This document shows, piece by piece, positions 41,569 through 53,200 of a DNA stretch of 64,000 nucleotides; position 1 is the first letter of the stretch, and each line of letters opens with the position of its first letter. Below the pieces are notes generated by a model. It had not been told where the DNA came from. It searched no databases and was given only the letters and a program-made list of their open reading frames with translations. The stretch lies in contig OZ024741.1 of the NCBI GenBank assembly GCA_964016885.1, positions 395,808,001 to 395,872,000 of the forward strand, given 5' to 3'. The position numbers and the translations under genes were made by a program. The DNA is from Eledone cirrhosa (lineage: Eukaryota).

Positions 41569-44500
41569 CATACATACATACATACATACATACATACATA
41601 CAATGGCGACCGTTGTGGTCAATGTCCGATAATGGGACGTGTGTAATTACGGCTTACATGAAGGCAACATACCATATATTGGAAAAAGTTGAGCTACATT
41701 ACGCGGTAAGATTACATACAATAATTCTACATAAGTGTTTGAACTGTAAGTGTGTTGTAAAACACCTATTTATATGAACGATACATACACTTATGATATA
41801 TGAACGATCCATACACATATGTTATATGAACGATACATACACTTATGTTATATGAACGATACATACACTTTAACATATAAATGCAACGTTGTTATATTAC
41901 ATTTATAAAGAAATATACAAGTAACGTTTTCGATTCAGAAACAAAAACATAAGTGTTTGAACTGTGAATATGTTGTGAATAAGTTGTAGAACACCTATTT
42001 ATATTAATGATACATAAACTTTAACATATAAATACAGCGTTGTTATATTATATGACATTCATAAAGAAATATACTAAGTAACGGTTCTTTTGATTCTCGA
42101 TTCAAACGATTCAAGAACAACGTTTAAAACACAGTTGTAGAATTAATAACTAACTGAAAAGAAATATTACCCAACTTTAAATTTGATTCTGACAGAACTT
42201 TGTCGAAACTTTTAAAGAAGATCATCGACTATTTTGAAAAATAAATACGAAATATTAGCGAATAGACGAACTCATCATGGCAAAACGTACAAGTCTGCTT
42301 CGACCAAATCGCAACTACAACAGTGGAGCTACGAGCTTAACAAAGAATTATATGAAGCATACAAACAATCTGAACCCCAAAAGTTCGGTTTTATGCAAAG
42401 GCTAAAAACTTTATGGAACTCCAAACACCCAGAATTAAACTTTTCTCCAAAGCATTTAAATGAATAGGCAAAACGTATCATTAGATGTAAATTGATACAT
42501 CTAACGGAATTAAGTGATACTACAAATACAGCCCTTGTAGACAACCACCCCACCTCCACTGACAGACAAAGAGAATGGCCAGCTAAATCTAACAGTGAAC
42601 AGCTCACCAACAATTTTGCTGAAATCGATCCCACTTCCACTGAAGAACAGCGAGAATGGTCAGCTAACTCTAGTAGTAATTGTCACCACATCAACAACGA
42701 GGCTGAAATTCATGACTCTACTGTACAAACAGAACACCAAAAACTTGTGGGCACCTTACAAGTGATATGGGACGATATGTTTCAAGAGATACACAGCCTT
42801 AATGTGAGTGACAGACCATACAACACCAGAATCAGTAAAGAACCCACTAAATTGGAATTGGAAGCGGTGAACGAAATAGCTGGCAATTATCTGAAGGCTA
42901 TACGATCTAAAGGTGTAGAAACGACATTTGAAACGCTTAATGTTTTGTTATATGTTTCAGCTGTCACATTGCTATCATATAACACACATCTAAAACCACG
43001 CAATCAAGATACAAACAAAAAGCCTGAACCAGCGTGGATGCGAAATTTAAAAAGCAAAATTTTGTCCCTGAGACGAAGTATTTCACACATCGCAGTCGTT
43101 ATGAAATGCAACATAGAGAGCAACTTCACACGACACCAGGAAGACCTAAAAAAAGTTAGAGAGACGATTTGGAAATACAAAATTTAAAACTTTGAACTCC
43201 AAATTACACCAGTTGAAACAACAACTCACAACTACAACAGAAAGACTCAAATATAAGTCAACAGCACATAAACGACAAGTGCTAAATAGATTGTTTGCCA
43301 GAGATCCTAAATCAGTTTATCGCAGCTTCGGTGGCAAAAGCTCAATCCCTGTAAATGACACCCCTTCAAAAGAACAGGTTGAGAGCTACTGGAGATCTGT
43401 ATAGGAAACGGATGACGGATTCAACAGACAAACTAATTGGCTAAAAAACTGGAACAGGACTACTGCCAACATGTCCAGACAAAACAATATGACATAGATG
43501 GGTCAATACTGGAAACAGCTCTACAGAAAATGTCGAATAGGAAATCACCAGGCCCAGACCTCATTACAGGATACTCGTTGAAAAATTTCACTTTCTATCG
43601 GCAAGATCTCATACGGCTGTTTACAGAAACCATTAAAGGCACATAAGAACTGCCCAGATGGTTATCAACTGCCACTACTCTCCTCATTCCCAAAAATAGC
43701 CAAACCACCCTTGCTAAAAATGACCGCCCAATAGCCTGCCAAAACATCATGTATAAATTATATACTGTGTGCCTTAACCTGTTCTTACAGGATCACTGTG
43801 CTACCAACAACATCATAACACCTGAACAAGCTGGTGGAAAGAGGGAGGTGTGGGGTTTCATAGATCACCTACTAACTAATAAAATGATTCAGGAAAAAAC
43901 AACAAAGAATCGCAGAAACATAACTGTGGTGTGGCGGGACTATCAAAAAGCATTTGATAGTGTACCTCATGGGTGGATTATTAAGGCTTTACAGTTAGCC
44001 AAAGTCCCACAACCATTGGTAGCTGCTGTTGAACGCCTGACCAAGAACTGGTACACCAATTTGATCCTTAGAGGTGAGAAGGAGCAAGTTAAGACTGATA
44101 AGATACATTACCAGAAGGGCATCTTTCAGGGTGATAGCTTGTCAGTGCTACTCTTCGTTCTCTCACTAAATCCACTATCTTACCTACTCAGGAAACAAGG
44201 TGGACAAAGAAGTGGGTCCAGAAGTATCTCCCATCTTTTCTTTGTTGATGACCTGAAGCTGTATGGGCCAAATATCAATGACATCAAGAAACAATTGGAC
44301 CTCATTACACAATTTTCAACAGACATCAAAATGAAATTTGGTGAGTCCAAGTTTGCATATTTGGCAGTAAAACGTGGAAGAGCTGTGCCCTCCTCTAGAA
44401 ATCTAGAGATGAACGACCTGACAATACAACCTCTACAGTCAGGTGACAACTACAGATATCTTGGACAGGATGAGAATGTCAGATATGATGGACCCATAAA

Positions 44501-45697
44501 TAAGGAGAGAACCAGAACTGAATACCTCAGAAGAGTAAAGAAAATATGGTGATGTGGATAGGCTATACTTCTCACGCAGGGAAGGTGGCCGGGGTCTAAA
44601 ATCCATATTAACAACATATGAGACCCGGATAGTAACACTGAAGCAACACCTTCAACAGAGGAAAAAGGTTGGCAACCATCTTGCCCAGGTTTATGAGCAT
44701 GAAAAGAAAAATATCATTAGAATAGCAACTGATCTGGAGGAGAGATATGGAATAAAGCCTGATATAAATATCTCACCCAGAGAAATCGGAAGATCCTATT
44801 CAATGTTCAAACAAGATGAAAAAATTGACCAATTTACAGAAAAAGTTGTGCATGGATACTTGAGACGTAAAACACAGACCATAGAGGGGATAAACCACTC
44901 AAAAGGCCTGGCATGGAGTTCCGACAAGTTTATGACATCACACCTTGAGGGATATCTCTATGCAATACAGGAACAAGAACTCCCTACCAAATATCTGCTG
45001 CACAAAAGGGGAGGGCCAGCAGCTGACAATAAATGTAGGCTATGTAAAACAAAGATCGAGGATGTAAGTCACATTGTTGTCAGCTGCGAAAGAATGTCAT
45101 CTCGCTACTACCTCCACATGAGACACGATGGGATAGCTAGAACCATCTGGAATGCACTTTGGAAAACAAAATTAACAACAAACGAGGAAGAATATATTGA
45201 AACAGATGGCACTAAGGAATACTGGTGGAACCTGAAAATAAAAACTGTCACCAAATTAAGCACAACGGCCTGGTATTGTTGTTTGGGACCACACATTGAA
45301 AACGTGTTCTGTTGTGGAGATCAGTTGCCCACTTGATGTAAACGTTGTCAGAAAAATACAGAAGGAGGACATCTACGGACCATTGATGAGGAGTTTACAA
45401 ATCCAGTATCCAAGATACACCTTTAGCTTCATACCCATCATTATTGGAGCTACGGGTTATATACCAACCCGCTTGGACCAAAGTATGACTGAACTTGGAT
45501 TTGCGGACAAAAAGCGCAGCTCCCTAATTCATAGTCTACAAATGGCTGCATAGCTGGCACCTTCAAAATTTGCAAAACATTCTTGCGATTCAAGGGATGA
45601 CAATTTCTTTTCTTTTATGGCCTTGCCACCAGGAGGGTGGCCGGTCAAAAAAATATACTCGAAATTAAGAGAAAGAGATAACACATACATACATACA

Positions 45698-45786
<89 letters not shown>

Positions 45787-48700
45787 GTGAGGTTTTTTTA
45801 CAAAATGAAAAATAACCGAGGTGTCCTACACGAGTGAAAATATAAAGAAAAAGAGATGAAATCGAAAATGCAACTGGAGTCTTATTTTTAAAAAAATATA
45901 TATATTTATTTGGTTCCTTTACCGGTTTCGCAGTTCTTCTGCTTTTCAAAAGTAGAGTTGAGATGGAGGGTCTGTGGTTTTTCTCACATCTGGTTGGTCT
46001 CTGAATGTTACTTGTTTTATATGGAAAAAAGTGGCTCGAAGTGCCAGGTTTTTAGAGAAGTAATTTGATTGGTTGGTCAATAATTATAATACATTTCGCG
46101 CCAGTTCGCGTTACAAATTCTTCAAACAGGGGAGGGGCGACAGGTTGTTTTTTCATATATGAGTGTTTGAATTTCTTTTTACTTAAAAAAAAGGGGCTCA
46201 CGAAGGCTTTTTTTTATAAAAGTAATTTGATTAGTTATAAATGAAATTATGGCTCTCACGTGAACAAGTTTTCATTAAATTTTTGCGCCCTTATTTGGAA
46301 ATCTATTCTGTAGCCTTTTTAGAGAATTTTATTTATAAATAAAAACAAAATAAAAATATGCATTTGTGAGTTTTATATCAAATAATAATAATATTCGGTT
46401 CGTTTGCAAGCTAACAGCCTCCTAAGACTATGGGTTTTTATGTGACCATCACCATCCTTTTGTTTTAGCGGTGACAGAAAGACTAAATTCTAATTTTGCT
46501 TTTAAAATAAAAAAAATCATTTGAAAAATGTGGAATTTAATCTTAATAATTTAGATAAATTTTATTAATTAAACTTCATATTTTATAAAATAATATTAAA
46601 TAAACTCATATTTATTTTATATTTGGGGAGGGTCGTGTTGTTATAATATTACCAGAAATATATAGTAAAACACACTCACTGTTTGGTTTGGGTTAGTTTT
46701 CCCTTCAGTATATTTCATATTTCTATAATTAATTCAGCTGGCAATCAATGTTTATCAGTTAAAAATATAGATATAAATATAGTCTCTCAGAGTTCTTTCG
46801 TCACACACCTGTGACATCCTCTGTGATGTTATTATGTTTCTTCCGTTGTATATATTTATTTTTTAATATCTTCTAGAATTTGCAATACGGTACCTTCCTC
46901 TTTAAATGTGAATTGTGAAGGACTCGATAAAGAAATAGAAAACTGTACAAGTAACCTTTGTCAATGCAAGTACTTAGTCGAAAATATTACTGATGGAATT
47001 GCATGGGTTGAAAAAGATGGCGACATAGGATATACAGACAGTAGTGAAAAACTTTCATTGGGTGACATATTGGAAGATGGCATTACATTCTATACTGAGT
47101 GTAAGAAATGGTATGTTTTAAGTATTTTCACACATTTATTTCATTTTCAGTTTGTATGAAATAGATTGTTTTGTGTCTTATGTGCTGGGTTCAAGTTGCA
47201 TAGCGTGAAATGAATGAAAAATACGTATATCTCCCCCAAACAATCACCAGCTTGGTGAACTGAAGCATAAATGTCTTCTGCCTTGAGGCAAAATGAAAGA
47301 TATGCAGAAGATTTGATATAACGACAGATAAACAAGTAATTAAATGTTCTAAACAGTCGGTAATCAATTTAGCTGCTTGATTATTATTACTATTAAATCA
47401 GCAGCACTTTAAAACCATTACGTGGCCACTTGACTTGCTTGAAATAGCTGCCAAATCACCTTTAAATTACCTTTAAATTACGCCCTACCTGTTGAAGATC
47501 GTAAAGAAAATAGTCTTCTATGATCATGGTCCCTGACTCTCCATGCAGTGGGGAATTGTTCATGACTCTCCATGGAGTGGTGAATTATCCCTGACTCTCC
47601 ATAGAGTGGTGAATTATCCCTGACTCTCCATAAAGTGGTGAATTGTCCCTGACGCTCCATAAAGTGATGAATTGTCCTTGACTCTCCATGGAGTGGTGAA
47701 TTATCCCTGACATTCCATGAAGTGGTGAATTGTCCCTGACTCTCTATGAAGTGGTGAATTATCCCTGACACTCCATGAAGTGGTGAATTGTCCCTGACTC
47801 TCCATAAAGCGGTGAATTGTCTCTGACTCTTCATAAAGTGGTAAATTGCAGACATTGCTCTTGTACTTCAGCAGGAAATTAGTATCCATGTAATCCCAAA
47901 CAACAAAACTGGTGTGAGGCAAAAGCTGGAGGACAATTAGAACTCCCACCTCCACCCACACCATAGGCAGAAGCTGGAGGACAATTAGAACCCCTACTCC
48001 CCCCCCCCATAGGCAGAAGCTGGAGGACAATTACAGACCACACGCCACCCAATTTTGCTTTGCCTTTTATATACATAATCTCCTTTTAAATTGTTCCCAT
48101 GATAATGTCATTATAGTTTATACCTAGTACAGTTTGAGGGGTTCTGGGATTTAGGGGTCGCATGTCCTTGTGATAAGGACTTACGATCATAATGTTGTGG
48201 CGTCTATTCCTAGGTCGGGTTGTGTGTTGTGTTCTTGGGCAAAACACTTCATTTCGCGTTATTCCAGCATACTCAACTGAAAATGAGTACCAGTAATAGC
48301 TGGGGGTTTAACTCTGTGATGGACTGGCTTCCTGTCCAGGGGGGAAACATCTACTTTTATTCACATAATGGCAAGAAAACTGGAATAAGCACCGACCTGA
48401 TGAGTCTCAGACTTTAAACTTTAGACAGTATACTGAGCTGAACATGAGTACCAGTAATAGTTGGGGTTTAACCCTGCAATAGGTGATAGACTGGCGTCAT
48501 TTCCAGGGCAGAGTCAATGTGTTCTAAGTAGCTTAATACCAAAAAAAAAACCAGGATGAGCACCAAACTGATAAACTTCTGGGCTTGAAATAGACTTTAG
48601 ACTTTTAGTTAAAGAAGACTTGCCTTTCCTACGTGCAAAGTTAACCTACAGTCAGTAGGCCCCTCCAAACCAAACACACCGCAACCTACTACCCCACTCC

Positions 48701-50258
48701 ATCCTCCCACTCCCGCCAACACCACCCTTTCTCTATAAAGTTATGTTGGTACACAACATCCAGTCCAAAGTAATGAGGCCGTGTAGGTGTCACGACAAAA
48801 AAAAACACAGTCCACGCTGTAATGTGGCCGTGTAGGTAACATGGTAAGAATTTTCCAGTCCACACTGAAAATGTGGTTGGTGTTAGGAAAGGCATCCAGC
48901 TGTAGAAAACCTGCCAGATAGTCCTATACGAGCGAGACACGGTTACCCGAACAATCTTGCCTCAAGTGGGACAACTCCCGTCTAATCCATGCTAGCATGG
49001 AAGATAGACATTAAACGATGATGATGAAAACATGAAGAAAATAATCTTAAACTCACTATATCTAAAACAATGACTCGATGTCTATGGTTTTTATCTATAG
49101 ACATCTTGTTACGCTTGCATATATTCTTTATATCGTAAAATGTAATTTCCATCCATTAATTTATTTTTTAGTGAATGTAATGGTGGAGCAATAACCTGCG
49201 AGAAAATACCCTGCAATAGTAAGTAATGGCTGATTTGAAATAATTCAATAACAACTGTAAATAATTTCCATGTTGCAAATTTCATAGGAATTGAACAAGT
49301 TCACTGTAGTTTGGAATGTTTCGATCCGTGATATAATAGAGATGTTATCTCTGTCTGACAACCGATCCAGACGTATATTATTATTGTCTGGGATCCAGAA
49401 ACCTTTGGTGATGGAGTAGTTATATTTTGTGTTGTTCACTTTCTAATTAAATAGCTCTGTTGTACACATAGAGCACTCTTTTTTCCTTTGCTTTTTCTTC
49501 GGAATTACCTAACATATATATATATATATAGGAGAAGTTTAACCCCGTCGTCGAAACGGCTTGAGCTCCGCCGTCGGGGCTAAACTTTTCCTGTTACCCA
49601 CTCTACTACCCTAAGTATTGAGTACTCTGGTGCATTATGGTCCATCTGGTTCCTTACCACAATTCCTTTGTTATATATATATATACGTAATCTGAGTTTT
49701 CAAATATTAATAATAACATTCGATTCGTTCGCAATTATGCAAACAAGCCTCATTTTTAAAGCCATGTCAGTAGAATGAACCCTTCATTCTGGCTCTTGTG
49801 TTGGCATGTAAACAGAACTGCAGACACTAATGTTTCTGGGTATCACCCATCATCAGTACTGTTCACCTGCTGTTTTTTTTTTTTGTTATTATATATATAT
49901 ATATGAAGGCAGCCAACTGGACTGGAAACTGCGAAATGTTTGGCCGCCTTCTCGTCTCTCTGCCTTTTCAGCCCCATGGATTTTGTCTATTATATACCTT
50001 TGTTAAATTTCGAATACCTGATGATGTCACCAAATTCATACTGAACCTGGTCATTGAAATGGTCATAGTATAATAAACCTTTTAAGGAATTACACCAGTC
50101 CAACCTCCTGTTTTTTTATAATAATTAACTCTGTACTCGCACCACCAACACAAAGATGGGTGAGTTGCATTACGTCGAGTGCTCTCCCTAATATTACATC
50201 AAGGTTGACCATACGGAATGACCAGTTCTATCCAGTGGTGAACCAACAAACCTCCTAA

Positions 50259-50298
<40 letters not shown>

Positions 50299-53200
50299 AT
50301 ACTTGGGGAGGGTCATATTGTTGTAATAAGTGTTTCTACTTTTGCCACAAGGCCAGCAAATACTCAGTGTATTACTGGTACTTTATTTTATCGACCCCGT
50401 AAGGATGTAAGTCAACACACCATGTCATCAGACCTTTGTATTAGAATGATATGAAAATATTTTATACACTAGATAAAAGATAAAGAAGGAGGTAGGAAGA
50501 GAAGGGGAAGAGGGAAGTGAGTAAGGTGGAGGGAGTCTTAGGGTTTAAGACTGTCAGACTAGTAGAGATTGTGAAGAGAGAATGTTTTGGCAGCAGTTAG
50601 CTTAATGAGGCGTGCTAAGGTTGGCTGGGAAGTAGATTCTTCTAGTGGTGCTGTTCGGACAAAATTTAGTTAGAGGGGTCAAAGTGGTACAGTGTCACAG
50701 ACAAGTTATTAGGGCTATTATAGTAGCAGGTTATTTCTAAAGGGGTCCAGAAAAACAGTGTTTAGTACTATTATTATAGAAAGCCATACCTAGTGTATAA
50801 ACATATAAGACAGAAATTTGCAAACGTTGGTGTAAAAAGGTAACATTATATGCATTTAAAAAAAGAAAAAGTCGTTTTCAAACGATGGTTACAGTATAGA
50901 GAACGTTCAATTTTGCTGTTCAAAAGTTTGTTTACCGACGTTAAAATGCAGTATATCTCTAAATTGCATAACTTGCAGAATCGATGATTTTGCTGATATG
51001 CAGGCGCAGCTGCAATAATTTGCCAATCAAGGGAGAACGCTTGATTGTTCCTCCGAAGCTGCCAGGCTTTATCGGCGAGGGTTGTTACGGAGCGCATTTT
51101 CTAGTGCCTGATCGAAGATCGATGTTGGTATAGGCGAGCCTTGAAAGAAGTTGCGGTACATCCGACGTAATACCATTTGTTGGTCCCGGAATTTATTGTA
51201 CACCGGTAGACAATATTGCGTGCTAGGCACTGGTTATTCAGTGGGTACGTACCTGGTTTGGTGCAGTTACAACTATTTTTATGTTTTGCAGTAGAATCCT
51301 GGATAGTTTGGTGGGGTTGTGGTTGCGTGTTAGTGCGTTGTATGTTGCTATGCTGGTGCGCTGAGTCATTAGGGATGTACTTATTCAGTATTGCTGAGTT
51401 GAGTTTTCTAATTAGTTGTTCTATGTTAGGTGCAGTGGAGTATGAGAGTCTAATGGTGCGCGAGTTAAAGATTTTATAGTATTTATGTGAAGTTGTAAAG
51501 TGTTTATTGATTAGTGTATAGAATTGTGAGATAATCTTAGTGCTAATAGAAGAATTGTACACGGGGTTATACCATATGTACTCTCTACGTCTGACTCTAT
51601 TTGCTGGTTTGCACCTGTTAGTATGCCTATTGATGTGTGTGTGTGGTGCAATACTAGTTCGACTAAGATGTGTTTTATTAATAGTACTTATGTGGTTATC
51701 GTCTAGATATTCAATTTTCTCGCAGTAACCAGCTTTTCTAAGTGCGTCATTATAATATTCAGCATGCTCGTTGAAGGTCTGCAAATTAGACGACAGTCGG
51801 GAGATCCTTATGGATATATTTTTAGGGATAGATTTAATAATGGAATGAGGATGGTTCGATTTTACATTAACGTACTTAAGATTTTCATTAAGTTTGTGAA
51901 ATGGCTCTATATTACCGTTATTAAGGTTGAAGGTGACATCCAAGAAGTTGACCACCTTAAGATTGTGTTCGAAGGTAATATTAAGCCCTAGTTCTAAGAA
52001 AAGTTTCCTAATGTTTTTACGTCGCCTTTCTAGGTTTTGTTTGTTCATATTCTTGACTAATAGAAGTGTATCGTCGCGGTATATTCCGCCGTGGAGGTCC
52101 GTAAATTCGCTCTGGAGTCTATGGGCTATATAGATCCCAACCAAATCCATGACCTCCGCCGAATCATTAGAACCCATCGTAATGTCGAATTCCGAGGGTC
52201 TATCCCTGCGGACCCAATAACTATTTTCAAAGTGCACTACTGTGCGTCTAGCTTCAAGTATAATATTCTACTGCAAAACATAAAAATAGTTGTAACTGCA
52301 CCAAACCAGGTACGTACCCACTGAATAACCAGTGCCTAGCACGCAATATTGTCTACCGGTGTACAATAAATTCCGGGACCAACAAATGGTATTACGTCGG
52401 ATGTACCGCAACTTCTTTCAAGGCTCGCCTATACCAACATCGATCTTCGATCAGGCACGAGAAAATGCGCTCCGTAACAACCCTCGCCGATAAAGCCTGG
52501 CAGCTTCGGAGGAACAATCAAGCGTTCTCCCTTGATTGGCAAATTATTGCAGCTGCGCCTGCATATCAGCAAAATCATCGATTCTGCAAGTTATGCAATT
52601 TAGAGATATACTGCATTTTAACGTCGGTAAACAAACTTTTGAACAGCAAAATTGAACGTTCTCTATACTGTAACCATCGTTTGAAAACGACTTTTTCTTT
52701 TTTTAAATGCATATAATGTTACCTTTTTACACCAACGTTTGCAAATTTCTGTCTTATATGTTTATACACTAGGTATGGCTTTCTATAATAATAGTACTAA
52801 ACACTGTTTTTCTGGACCCCTTTAGAAATAACCTGCTACTATAATAGCCCTAATAACTTGTCTGTGACACTGTACCACTTTGACCCCTCTAACTAAATTT
52901 TGTCCGAACAGCACCACTAGAAGAATCTACTTCCCAGCCAACCTTAGCACGCCTCATTAAGCTAACTGCTGCCAAAACATTCTCTCTTCACAATCTCTAC
53001 TAGTCTGACAGTCTTAAACCCTAAGACTCCCTCCACCTTACTCACTTCCCTCTTCCCCTTCTCTTCCTACCTCCTTCTTTATCTTTTATCTAGTGTATAA
53101 AATATTTTCATATCATTCTAATACAAAGGTCTGATGACATGGTGTGTTGTCTTACAGTGTACTTTCGGTTTATGATAATATTTGTGTATTATTCAAATAG

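Noticed and set aside
48390-48425. CTGATGA as a hammerhead core
   Set aside because: No GAAA or stem III downstream; part of a SINE tail.
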